A stretch of DNA of 64,000 bases, taken from Epiperipatus broadwayi. Lineage: Eukaryota; Animalia; Onychophora. A model generated the notes under the pieces. The model worked only from the letters and a program-made list of their open reading frames with translations, searched no databases and had not been told where the DNA came from. Below are positions 13,692 through 27,141 of the stretch, piece after piece. The stretch is taken from contig JAQFVV010000009.1 of assembly GCA_028023455.1 (NCBI GenBank), positions 15,996,001 through 16,060,000 on the forward strand, given 5' to 3'. Each line of letters begins with the position of its first letter. Positions within the stretch are counted from its first letter, which is position 1. Position numbers and translations under genes: made by a program.

Positions 13692-16600
13692 TGTATACTG
13701 GATAGTTTGTAAATGTTTTAGCAATAAAGTTGTATACATGCATGTATGTGCAGCCTATGAGTCACTCTAGAAATACTATGCAGAAAAAAAAAAAGTCTAC
13801 TGTAAGAAGCAACATGCTAATTGGCATTTAAATAAAGTCTAACATTATGCAAATTAGTAAAGATAATAAAAATACCCGCAGAACTTCTAATAATGTTAGA
13901 GAAGTAGTGATATGAAAGAGTAGCTAGAAACATTGAGTTGAAAGCTAATTGGTTAAACTCTAAGTGCAGAGTGAAAATTGATTGTACAATTATAGACAAA
14001 TACTAGCAGTAGAAAAGAGTTCCAGTCATAATCAAATACTCAAGAGATAGGTGTAAGCAGTAAGGTGCTTATTTGAGTGATAATTAAAATGACCAATGTT
14101 ATACAGAAGTTCAAATAAACATAGATATTGTGTGATGCTGTCAATAGTTGTAAAGCTATATATATATATATATATATATAATATTTATCTTCTAAGATGT
14201 GAACCATTTTGTAATCAAGATTGATATTGTTGTCAATTAGCAAGTTTCCAGTTTATTTACTAATCCTATCTGTTAATATTATTGTTAATCAGAATAAATA
14301 ACCTCTTGAAATTATTTATTAAACTTGTCTTGTTCGTGTTATTAATTTATTTATACAATTGTCCAGGTTTCAGATATAAGTCTGGTCCCAAACATATTAT
14401 GTGATATAATCAAGTTTAGAACCTAAGAAGGATTAAGTAGTGCAGCCATATAACCTGCAAAAAGACCATTATTACATATTAGTGTTTAGGATAAATGATT
14501 AAAAATGCAGAACAAAGTAATAACTACCTTTCATATAAAAAATCTGCACAGTGGCAGATATACATAAACTATGTAGAAAATTCATCATCATCATCATCAT
14601 CAACCATTAACAATCCACTGCAGGATGAAGGTCTCTCCAAGTTCAATCCATCTTTTCCTACCCCTGCACACTCTCTTATTTCATACATCCATCTCACATG
14701 GTCTCTTTTTGGGTCTTTTACAATCTCTTGGAATCCAGTTTAAAATTTCAATTGTCCATCTATTATCATCTCTTCTAACAATATGTCCAGCCCAACTCCA
14801 CTTAAGTCTTTTAATTTTTTCAATGAGATCAGTAACACCTGTTTGTTCTCTTCCCCATACATTGCATTTTCGATCCCTTCTTGTTACTCCCAACATGCAT
14901 CTCTCCATACTTCTTTGAGTGGTCTGAAGTCTCTGTATTGCTCTTCTATTAAGTGTCCAAGTATCAGATCCATAAGTAAAAACTGGCAAAACCTATTTAT
15001 TAAAAACCTTCCTTTTCAAACACATAGGCATATTTCCTTTTAGTATCAAGTTATTTCTACCAAAAGCACTCCAACCAAGTTTAATTCTATGATTAATTTC
15101 ATCCATTCTATTTCCATCTGTATTAATAATCTGACCAAGGTATTTGTAACTGTTAACTTCTTCTAACTCATCATAATCAATCTTTACTTGCATATTTGAG
15201 AAAATCTATTAAACATTACTTTAGTCTTTTTAACATTTACCTTTAGTCTTACTTTCCAATTTTCATCTGATAACTCCTGCAACATTTCCTGTAGCTCTAA
15301 AGCATTATTTGCAAAAACAACTACATCATCTGCAAAATCTAAATGACTTAAATAATCTCCATTTACTTTCATTCCTTTAGCTTCCCATTTTAATCCACAA
15401 AATACTTCTTGCAGCACTGCTGTAAAAAGATTTGGAGATATGGAGTCATCCTGTCTTACACCCCTTTTCAATGTTGATTTTCCTACTATCATTATGTAAT
15501 CTAATTGTTGCTGTTGCATTTTTATAAATATTCTTTAAAATATGACAATATCTTGGATCAACACCTTGATGATCCAATGCTTTAATCACTGAAGAAATGT
15601 TTATAGAATCAAATGCCTTTTCATAGTCTACAAATCCTAAGCATAATGGCAACTCATATTCATTTGTCCTTTCTATAATTTCTCTCAATACCTGGATATG
15701 ATCTACTGTACTAAAACCACTTTTAAATCCAGCTTGTTCTCTTGGTTGGTGGAAATCCAGTGTTTTCTATAGACGAGTTGTAATTATCTTAGTAAAAATT
15801 TTGTATAAAACTGATAAAAGACTGATAGGTCTGTAATTTCTAATATCTTCTTTATCACCTTTTTTAAATATTAATATTAATACTGCATTCTTCCAATCAT
15901 CTGGTACATCTTTATCATTTAGACATTTGGTATATAACTTTGCTAAAAAAATTTATATTTCTTCACCTGCTTCTTTTAATATATCAATTATAATTCCATC
16001 ATTACCTGGAGCCTTCCCTTTCTTCATAAATTTAATTGCACGTCTCACTTCCTCATTCAAAATTCTGGGCAATTCGGAAGATATAATAGGTATAGGAGGC
16101 ACTTGTTCTTTATATAATAGGTATAGGAGGCACTTGTTCTTTATTACTATATAATTCTTGATAGAAGTCTTCTACACATTTTATGATGTCATCTCTCTTT
16201 TTAGTAATAATGCCATCTTTTTTTCTTATTGCAGATATAAATTTCCTACCAATACCAAAATGTTGTTTTACACTCTTTAGACTTTTATTCTCTTCTACAG
16301 CTTTCCTTGCTAGTTCACAATTATACTTTCTTATATCATTTTCAACTCTTTTCTGCACCATTTTACAAAATTAGAGATATTCAATCTTTTTTAATGCACC
16401 ATTGTTGTATATCCTCATATTCCTTCTTTTCTTCATAAATTCTCTAGTCTCAGTAGAAATTTTATTGGTCAATTGCTGATTTTTTCTACCAGCTATCTTT
16501 GTTGCAGTTTTTAAAAGTGTATTGCTTATTTTTCTATTAATATCATTCAAATCTGAATCATGTTCAAAATCTACTAATACTTGAAACCCATTTTAAGTTC

Positions 16601-19600
16601 TAATTTAAATTCATTAGAATGTTTCTGAAGATTAGGAATATCAACTGTAAATATTGTTTTTCTTAATAATTTTTGTCTCTCTAGTTTTGCATTAACATGT
16701 ATCTTACATCTTACTAATTGATGATCACTTTCAGTGTTAAGTTTATTAAGAACATTACAATATTGAAATATGTACTTTCTGTTAGTCAAAATATAATCCA
16801 ATTCTGCTGCACCTTCATTTGGATGCTTCCATGTCCATTTCCTTTTAACATTTTTCTCAAAAAAAGAATTCATAATATAAAGTTTTTCTTTTTCTGCAAA
16901 GTCCACAAGTCTATGTCCTCTCTCTCATTTCTATTACCATAACCAAAATTACCTACAGCATTTTCATCTTTCATTTGTTTACCAATTCTAGCATTAAAGT
17001 ATCCCATAATAATTTTAAAATGTTGTTTACTCTGATCAAAAGCCTTTTGTACATCCATATAAAAATCTTCTATAACTTCATCACTATGAGAACTTGTTGG
17101 AGCATAAACCTGAATTATCTGTATTTGGTATCTGCTATTAAGTTGTAAAACTAATCTTGCCATTCTGTCTGATACACCATCAATCTCCACAATATTATTC
17201 TTCCATTTTTTATTTATAATGAATCCTATTCCACTTGTATTTCCAATATGTGTGCTTTTATAGTAGAGTATATGTCCACTTTTTAAATCAATTGTTTCTT
17301 CATCTTTTCTTCTAACTTCACAAAGTCCAATAATGTCCCATTTAATATAAGACAGTTCTTCTTCTAACTCTAGCAAACTTCCTTCACTTGAAAGTGATCT
17401 GCAGTTGTAAGTACCTAAATAACAAGTCATCATCAAATGGCAGCCTGAGTCCTCAATCAGGGGATTCTTAGCACCCTCCGCCTTCGGCCACCAACCGCTG
17501 CATTGGTTGGTGACTTTACAGCCTCCTGGGAATAAGGGCCATGATTTATTTTTGTCTGTCATGATTGTATATAGTGAAAAAATATTCTTAAACTCGGAGG
17601 TAAAAAGCCAATAAACTCACCATGCTGGCTAATGCGTGTTGGTGAGCAGCCCATCCATTTTCGTATAACTATATGAATAATCACATAGTAATAACAGCTC
17701 CAACGACAAGAACGTATGTAGTGGACATTAGGAATTTGCCCTGCTCGGTTCCTTTAAGGCCTCCAAGAGAAATCAAAGGGTCTCCTTTCAGTTAATAGCA
17801 AACTCCTTTCTGCAGCCTGTAGAAAAATACATACTTATAAATGGAATTGTTGACCACAAATGGAAAGTCGCTTCTTTATTACGAATGTCAGGACAAGATG
17901 TTCTACAATTGGCAAACCATTTATGTGAATCAAAGCTGCCTGAAGAAGTCACATATTAGGAATTATTAATAAAACTAAAATGACTACTTTAAGATGATAA
18001 CATCAAAATTCACAGTGTTGTTTTAATTTCCATGAGAGAATGCAATTGTAAGATGAAACTACATGTGATTATGATTTAAAACTATGGATATTAGCAAAGG
18101 ATTGTGAATTTCAAGGAATATGTCAATGAAACATTATTGAACCAATTACTATAATGCAACAGAGATGTGAAGCTTAGGATAGATACTAATAAACAAGACT
18201 ACATTAATGTGTAAAATTATTATTGAATGGGCCATAGGCTATGAAGTCATTGTGGAGCACATGCAAGCCTTCAAAAAGGTGACAAACTTAGATATTCTGG
18301 AAAAACAGATAAATGCGGCAAAGTAATGAGTGAGAAAAAGGAATTTAAAATAGATCCCTCCTATTTGTTATTGTTGCAGAAAAATAGGCCATGTAAAAAC
18401 AAGGGTGTAAATTTAAAACAAAAAAATGCTTTAGCTACAATCTATCAGGTCATTTATCAAAATTGTAACAAGAGACAAATGACAAAATAGGATTTACCAG
18501 AAAAAAATAAATCGAGGGGAAAAGTGTCATGTGAAGAAGTTGAAAGAAAGAACTAATATACTAACTATAAAAGTCTATGGTCAAATAATAAAAATGAAAA
18601 TAGACAATGGGACAAGCATATCATTGATATCATTAAAAGATTGAACAATTATTCAGAAAAGAGCAAAGGTTAATGTCAAGTCAAAGAAAACTACTATGGC
18701 AGCAATGGATGTAAATGGAAATCAATAAATATTAACAAGATCGTGACAGTAAATAATCATAATAAAACCTTACATGTTGTTATAAGGAATATTAGACCAA
18801 TATTAGAACCCAATTGGTCCAGTCTTATAGGGATTAAGATTAATATAGTAAAAAGAGTTAGTAAAAAGAGTAAAGCTAGAAGTCAAAATTAGAAATAAAT
18901 TCCCACAGCTCTTTAAATCTAATTCAGCAGAACTAAAGATGAAATCAGTAGACATTGAGCTAATGGTAATGCACAACAAGTTGTATATAGACCAAGAAAG
19001 GTTGCTTGTGCTCTTAAACCAAAAGTCAAAAAAAGCATTGAATGAATTCAAGAGTAAAGAGATTATTACATCAATAGAAAAATCTGCCTGGACTACACTG
19101 ATAGTAGCAGTATTAAAACTGGATGAATATGTGAGGATATATAGTGACTACCAGATTTATCCCATACCCAGCATAAGTGAAGTATTAGCATCTCTACAAA
19201 AAGTGAACCACTTTGCAAAATTAGATTTAAAATCAGCATTCCACTAAATTCTGGTTACAAACAGAACAACAGAAATACTAATGATAAATATGCATATGGG
19301 ATTATCTAATAGACTACCACATGTGATAACTATAGCATCTAATATCTTCCAAGCAAAGGTAGAGAACTTGCAAAGAGGTATAAAAGAAGTTATACCATAT
19401 TTGAATGACATTTTCATAGTTGCAGAAAACAAAATGGAATTAAAAGAAAGATCATACATAGTCTGCGAGAAGTTGAACAAATTTGATGCAAGATTAAATG
19501 CTGAAAAATATATACGATTTACTATAAAAATCAAATTTTTTGGACAAATTATGACCTAGAATGGAAATATGACCTAGAATGGAAATATTACAGCTGTGAA

Positions 19601-22188
19601 AAATACTCCAAAGTCAACAAATGTAAAGCAATTACAAGCCTTTCTAGGTTTATTAAATTTCCTTGAAGCCTTCTTAAAGGGAAAATCACACATAGCTACA
19701 CCCCTTTATGAATTTCTAAGAAAAACCAAAAATAGATCGCAAGATATTGCTTTCAAAAAAATGAAAGAATTGTTATCCTCTGAAAAATTTACCAGTCAAC
19801 TATAGTGAACAACAAGAAGTGATAGTAACAACAGATAATTCTAAATACAATATTGGAACCATACTATCAGATAGTACCAATGGAAATGAATGTCCTGTCA
19901 TGTATCAAAAACATTGTCTATGGCTAAGATATACTACAGCCAGTTAGACAAAGAAGCTGTAGTTATAGTTTTTGGAATGAAAAAGTTCCAATATGTGCAT
20001 GGTCAGTCATTTAAAATATATACCGACCATACACCACCATTGGAAAGATTCAGCAAAAATAAGAAAACTTTGGTCAAGCCAATCAATGGTTGCTAAGGTG
20101 GATAACCATATTAGCTTCATATGATTATAAATTGTTATATAGATCAAGAAAGTTGATAAAGCATGCAAATGCTCTCTTCCAGAACTCCGGATAAGAGTAC
20201 ACAAAAGTTATGTTTGGGAAATTAAATACACAGATGTATTAAAGTCCAAAATAGTTAACAGTAAAACTATAGCAGTGTGGACTAAAAGAAATAAAGAGTT
20301 CAATGGCAAAGAATTGGATAAAAAGTGGATGGCCATTTAAATGACCAAATTATTTTATTTCAGAAATTTGGAATAGTCAGGAAAGTTTGTCAACTTGCCA
20401 TGAATGCACTTTTATGATGGACCATGTAATGATACCATCTGAGGGGATGAAAAATCATTCTATGATTATTACATGAAAGACATACTGGGATAGTCAGAAT
20501 AAAAGAGCTATCTTATTCATGTTTAGTGACCAGAATTGAATAGTGATGTACAGAAAATTATTAGAAAATATCTGGCTTGTCAACAAATAGCAGTGAGTTT
20601 ACCATCTAAAAAATTCAAATTCTGGCCTGAAGCTATAACTGGATGGGAAAGAATCCATTTAGATCATCTGGGCTATTTCATGAATATATTTTTCTAATAA
20701 CTAAAAATGCTTATTCAAAATGGATAGAATATTGTTTAATAAAAGATATGAGCTTAGATAGTGTGATAGATTTTAAACGAACATTTCTCAATGCATAGAT
20801 ATTCTGAAACTATTGTAAAAAATAATGGTATGAGTTTCAGTTCAAAAAAATTGAAAGACTTCCTTGATCCAAAGGAGAATATAGCATATATTTACACCTG
20901 CTTATCACCCTCAGTCAAACAGAATCACAGGAAAACTGAGTTAAATAAATGGGAGCATGCTGATATTCACAAAGAGCTTACAACAGCAATGTTTTACCAA
21001 CATTTTATACCCAATTCTGTTACAAAGAGAACACACATGGAATTATTAATGAAACAACAAAGCTTAACACTGGACAAAGCAAAAAAAAAAAAGATAAAGA
21101 TTTAAAAAATGTCAGATTTAAAATAAACAAAACTGTATGGATAAGAGATGTAATTAAGAAAAAATGGCTACCAGAAATAATAAGTTGAATTGTTTCTGCC
21201 TAAATATGTGAAATAAAATTGAAAGATGTGAGAATTTTTAAGATACCATGTTAATCATATAAGAGATCAGAAAAATGGAACATTAAAGGATATAGTTACA
21301 ACTTCAGGTACAGATAAGGATAATGAGACTGATGTTTGTACTAACACTTGGTTATAAGCACCAGATGAAGCAATAAAATTAAATTTTGAACTAGAAGAGA
21401 AGAGTATAAGATCTATTAAAGAGAAGCAGATAATAAAAAGTTACAAGATTATTTTCTGTAAATAAAATTCTGCTAACTTCCAGAGTGAAGGGGAGATATT
21501 GTTATATACTGATTAGTTTGTAAATATTTTAATAAAGTTGTATGCATGTATGTGTATGCAGGCAGGTCAGTATAGGCAGCATTGAATCACAACTGAAAAT
21601 AATACTAAGCAGAAAAGAAAATTAGTCTACTGCAAGAAGCAACATGCTAATTTGCATTTAAATAAAGTCTAACATAATGCAAATTAGCAAAGTTAATAAA
21701 AAATACCTGCAGAGCTTCTAATGGTGTCAGAGAAAATTTGAAAGTAAATTAGTTAAACTCTAAGTGTAGAGTGAAAACTGATTATGCAGTTGTAGACAAA
21801 TATTAACAGTAGAAAAGAGTTCCAGTCATAATTTAATTTGACTATTTCAAGAGAGGTGTGAGACCAGTAAGGTGCGCAAGTGATAATTAAAATGACTAAT
21901 GTGATATGGAAGTTTAAGGAAACACAGATAATGTGTGATACTGTCAATAGTTGTATAGTTATATATCTATATATAATATTTATCTTATAAGATATGAACT
22001 GTTATACGATCAAGATTAATATTGTTGTCAAGTAGCAAGTTGCTAGTTGATTTACTAATCCTATCTATTAATGTTATTCAGAATTTCTCTCTTGAAATTA
22101 TTTATTAAACTTGTGTTGTTCATGTTATTAATTTATTTATATAACTGTCTGGATGCTCGATATTGGTCTGACCCTGAACATATTATCA
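13692..22188 (+). mobile_element. Decayed Ty3/Gypsy LTR retrotransposon: LTRs about 13692-14400 and 21500-22188; gag-pol remnants 14400-14580 and 17818-21490
   Basis: Two diverged LTRs of about 700 bp (3' LTR TGTTATA...ATCA) with a PPT GAAGGGGAGA before the 3' LTR. gag reads WQIYINYVEK|YILINGIVD; RT has YPIP...FAKLDLKSAFH and PYLND; RNase H has YSQLDKEA...YTDH; integrase has WERIHLD. Flanks GTTTT/GTTAT resemble a decayed TSD. Confidence 0.88.
14581..17817 (-). mobile_element. Full-length RTE-clade LINE (APE plus RT, frameshifted) nested in Gypsy gag
   Basis: APE motifs GTYNCRSL and VYAPTS; RT motifs FVDYEKAFD and HLDFADD; (TGA)n tail at 14582-14602; 9-bp TSD TGTAGAAAA at 14572-14580 and 17818-17826. 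Confidence 0.95.
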
Positions 22189-23595
22189 GTTATTCACAAT
22201 AATCTTGCTTAGAGCCTCTTTGGAATCAACAAATGAGTTTTTATCACAAATCATTTAAGACATATTATAAAATAAAATTAAAAAAATTCTGAAAGAGTTA
22301 TTTTAAATAATTTGTATTTATAAGATTTTAGTCAATGATAATTAATAGAAGATTAGATTTAATGGATATTGGAACTCATGTATGGACACAGACATAAACA
22401 TAGAATACATATGTGTGTAAAATTTATATTATAATTTATATTTATTATATTGAGAACCTAAGTATCACAAATAGAAATCCCAAAGGAATAAAAAAAAAAT
22501 GATTGAATGACTTTATAGCTTATGGAATTCCTAAGAAGTTCAAGCATTGGAACTTAGATCAAGAGTCTAACACTATTACTTCATTAAACCATATAGAATA
22601 TCTAAGGAATACATTACAATTTTAATTTAAAAAGATTAACCCATGTGTGCAAGATTATGACACCTTGCTACTAGTGATGAAGGCTAAAATCATATTAGTC
22701 ATATTTTTTGTTTTATACACAAATAATCAAAACTCTTCGAATCAATCTGGGGTTTTTATGTTCTAGATAATGATATCCCAAACAATATTTGATTGCTATA
22801 GAACTACTTATTTAAAAAAAAAAAATTCTATGCTTGTTTGTGATCTAAAAAAATTTCCAAGGTTCACATAGTCTGGATTCAAATACCAGATATGTAGAAA
22901 GATGCTATAACTAATAGATTCTCAACAAATTTTAATTTAATCTAATAAAAGGAATTTTCTAATATGTTATATTCTAATTTAATACTATACCAAAAGAAAA
23001 TCTAAAATATAACATATTAATGCTGTAATGATTTATTATAAAATGTTCTGGTTTGGATAATCATGTAAGCATTGATTACATCAATGGAATAAAAAGTAAT
23101 CTTGATACGCAAAGCTTTCTCAATAATGTATTCATTAATAGCAGCACCAATACAACATCACTTGGGTTTTTTCAGCTTACTACAATAAACAAAAATATTT
23201 TTCCTTTCTCTATTCTAGCAACCAGCTATTGTAAATATGAGTAATCGGTAGTTCCTAATAATGCAATTTAATCTCCATTCCCAGATGCAATTATTAGACA
23301 TATCGTTTCCATTAAATTTAAAAACTCTGAATCACAAATACAATGAAGTTGCAATATGTACAGCATCATTATATATTATTTCAATTATATGCTTTCCAAA
23401 AAAAAAATACAAAAAATAAAAACATTACAATTCATAAATTTAATAAAGCCATTTTTTCAACTTGGAGTGTCCTCACTAAATTCAAATTTTCAAATGTTAT
23501 AATTTCTTCAGGCCATTTTTGCATTTTTGTATTGCATCAAAAAGCTTAAAATTTGTATGAAGAGTTTATTTATTTATTTTTTTTTAAGTGTCATA

Positions 23596-23682
23596 GCATT
23601 GGCCGGGACGCGAAACCGCAACCCGGGCAACTGCCTGCAAGTGCAAGGCAGTCGCGCTGAGTAATATGATTCCACATGGTGC
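23596..23682 (-). pseudogene. tRNA-Gly-like pseudogene or SINE head with A-rich tail
   Basis: The minus-strand 3' end GCCCGGGTT...TCCCGGCCAATGC matches the canonical eukaryotic tRNA-Gly(GCC) 3' half, followed by AAAAAAAATAAATAAATAAA. The loops carry insertions, so it is not a functional tRNA. Confidence 0.55.
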
Positions 23683-24399
23683 TCTGAGATGGAAAATTGG
23701 CTGCTGCCATATCACAAAATCTGTTAAATTTGCATAATATATTTAAGTCCTTAAAATAAGTTATAGATATTGCAGCTCCATTGTATATCGTTGAGAATCA
23801 TAAAATTTAATATTATAAAGTATTATTATGCATTACTTTTTGATGGTTACTGTTTCTTTAATTTGATCATCTCAGAGATTTAATGTAAATTTATTAAATG
23901 TTTCGAATACAATATTTTTCCTATACAAATGTAAAATCTTTCATCATATCATGATAAAGATTGCAATAAAAGAAGATGTGTGACTGTTACAATTAACAAG
24001 AATTTCTTTTTTTTTTCATATATCAAATGCATTGAACAAACAAAAAAAAAATGATGAAAGATATAATTATTTCATTTCAATGTTAGCTGTTTAATGTTTT
24101 TAGAAGAGTCTTTTATGACTAGTTCATACCTTTTTCTGATAGCGTTCTGAATTTACAATTATCACTCAGTAGCCTTTTATATTTTTATTCTAGTCCTATA
24201 TTAAAATTTCAAACTTCTTAAGATTTTGAAGTTAATTCATCTAGCATATTTATTCTAATACACTTAAAGAATTACAGTAATAAACTTGGAAATGCTTTCT
24301 CATATTAATGTAAATTCATTGGAATCTGACTTGTAAATTAAATAATGCCTTAGAAATAAATTTATATATTCTAAACATTATATTCCATAGTGACAAAAA

Positions 24400-26865
24400 T
24401 TATATACTCAAATGGATATTCATTTTAAGAGATGTTATCTACATATATCCCTTTTCGATGCTAGCTTCTCTATGACAGGCAAGACAATGAAAGAAAATGG
24501 CAGAACTATGACTATCATTCAAGAAGCTCAAGACTATTTAAAAAATGATATTTGAAATTTGTGAACATTTGTATAAGTATAACAATTATGGAGTATGAAT
24601 ACGCAATAAAACCTTCTACAAGCTTAACAATTGCATGATAAGTTTGAGATGCATGGTACTGTGTGTGATATGCACAAGGGAAAATCTGGGAGATCTCATG
24701 CAGCAAAAACACTGCTTCTTCTGCCATTTTACTTCCAATAAGATGGTGCCCATCGTACTTCCATAGAGATGTGAGAGCTTAATTTGATAAAAAATTTCCA
24801 AGACAATGGAACGGATGAAGAAATAAGATTGCCTTCAGTTCTCCTGATTTAACAACTCTTGACTTTTACCTATGATGGACTCAAAAGCAGTAATTTTCAA
24901 CCACTGGTCCGCGCAGGGCTGCAGAAGTTTTCTGCTGGGCTGCGCTAGACTGGCAAGAAAGTTAGTAATAACAAAATAATAAGATTTTAAACTTTTAATT
25001 AATATAAACAGTTTTTATTTATTTTTTCATTGCATTTTTACCCGGTTAAAAAAAAAAAAAACAGAACAAAAACGAAATTTAATCAATCATACATAAATTA
25101 ATTTGTTTTTCTATTTATCACAGATGTTTATGAAGGGGTAGAATTAAATTTTTTATTATTTTTCTAAAAAAAGTCAAAATTAAAAAAAAAAGTTTTTTAT
25201 TATACAAACTCCAGTTGTCTTTTGATAGCCAATCACGGTCGCTTGTTGGCATTGTTTATGTGTTAAAACAATAAAATGTAATGTTACCGGGTAGCAATTT
25301 TAAAAATACGGTGACTTTTTTTGATCTCTTAAATTTTGTCTACTCCTTCTGTTAATACAATATTTCATTTTTAGTGTTTCTTTTTGGCTTTAACTTTTAT
25401 TTTTGAAATCAATTTTTTTTACCTTTTTTTAAAAAATAACTTCTGTCTCTAACTTTTACAAAGTATTTCTTAATATACTCCTCCCCCAAATAAAGTAAGA
25501 TCAAAACTTTTGACTTTTTCAAGTTTCAGGGGTTTTTTTTTTGTTTGTTTAAAAATACGGCCACTTTTTTTTGGCCTATAAGGCGATATCTTTTTTGCCT
25601 TTATTCGTATACCGCTAATATACTAAAACTTATTTTTAAAACCAATTTTTATTACCTTTTTTAAAAATAAAAACAAACCAAAAGTAACTTTTGTCTCAGT
25701 GAAGTCTCACCCCCAAATTAAAATAAGATCTTTTTTGGCTTTAACTTTTATTTTTGAAATCAATTTTTATCTTCTTTTTTTAAAAAGAAAAACAATCAAA
25801 AAATTTCTGTCTCTAACTTTTACAAAGTATTTCTCAATCCACTCCCCCCCAAAAAAAATTTAAAATAATATCAAAACTTTTGACTTTTTCAACTTTTATT
25901 GTCTTTTTTTTAAAAGACAGCGACTGTACGGCAATTTTTTTTGGCTTTATTTCTATTACGCGATATCTATTTTACCATTTAAAAAAAAAACTTTTCCTAT
26001 TAATTACATTTTTTGATCCTTTCAACACACCAGTACAAAAAAAAAAAAAAATTACAATAACATCAAAACTTCAGACTTTTACACATTTCATTTTATTTTT
26101 TCACATTTAAAATACGGCAAATTTTTTTTTGGCTGTACGGTGATTTTAATTACTCGATTTCTATTTTGCCCTTACTACTATCAAAAGACAACCTCCATAT
26201 ATATATCCATCTTGTATATTTAACATTAAAAACAGATATTACATTTATCATAACATTGCCATGTAATTATACTAGCTATGATATTTCCCAACATTCAAGT
26301 GAATAACATTTTATTCTTGCATGTTTTAACAATGAAATAATAAACATAGAAATGCAAGCACATTAATGAGAACGATTGTTATTGTACTGTTTTCTGTGTT
26401 CAGCATGTGAAGGTAAGCAACACCATTACAATACACAATAACTAGTGTGCTGTTCTGGTCAGTTATAACAATTATACTTATCTAAGGCTAAGCAGGTTAC
26501 ATCTTTAAAAAAAATTATCTGTAAACTTCTGCCAGTCCGCAGGTGTGAAAAGGTTGAAGACCACTGCTCTAACGGATGTCATATACCATAAAAAAATGGG
26601 TTCAGTGGTGATACTGTGGAAAGAAATTGAAATGGCATAGGCAGGAAATAAAAGTACACTTTGACAATTTTGCTCAGGTAGTAGTTCACCATAATCAGAA
26701 GTGTCTGATATCTGATGGTAATCACTTTGATTACCTCTTGTAATTGCAGAAATCAAACTTGACTTGTATTCATCTTTTATTATTAATATATATTGACTAT
26801 TATAATTTTAATGCAGTTCTTTTCCTTTCTTAAAATGGGTGTACATTTATTTAGCACCCTCTGTA
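24400..26865 (+). mobile_element. Tc1/mariner transposon remnant, interrupted by a hAT MITE
   Basis: HGTVCDMHKGKSGRS near 24650; SPDLTTLDFYL.W is rejoined across the 24888-26566 insert; right TIR ...TTTAGCACCCTCTG|TA at 26863. Left end not located. Confidence 0.75.
24888..26566. mobile_element. Non-autonomous hAT (Charlie-type) element
   Basis: Termini CAGTAATTTTCAACC and GGTTGAAGACCACTG; 8-bp flanks CTCAAAAG/CTCTAACG match at 6 of 8 positions. The interior has repeated AATACGG plus T-tract units and an internal duplication (about 25380-25530 versus 25730-25900). Confidence 0.8.
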
Positions 26866-27141
26866 TTTAATAATCATGATTTACTTATAGACTTATTTAG
26901 ATTACTAGAATATTTATATAAGTCATATTTTCTTTGTTACTTATATCAAGATGTCTGAAATTGGAAGAGAAATATCACTATTATTTAAATAATATAAGCA
27001 CACATACACACCCCATCTATTAATAATTTAATAGCATTTCATCATTAAAAAAACATTATAAACAACGAATGTTAACATTTTGCCTAGAAAAGTGAATGAA
27101 AATGTAATATTTTAATATATTTTTTAATTATTATTACAGAT

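Noticed and set aside
17460-17817. HDV-like ribozyme in the RTE leader (GCTAAG and CCTAAT resemble J4/2)
   Set aside because: I could not build consistent P1, P1.1, P2 and P3 pairings by eye; kept only as an open question.
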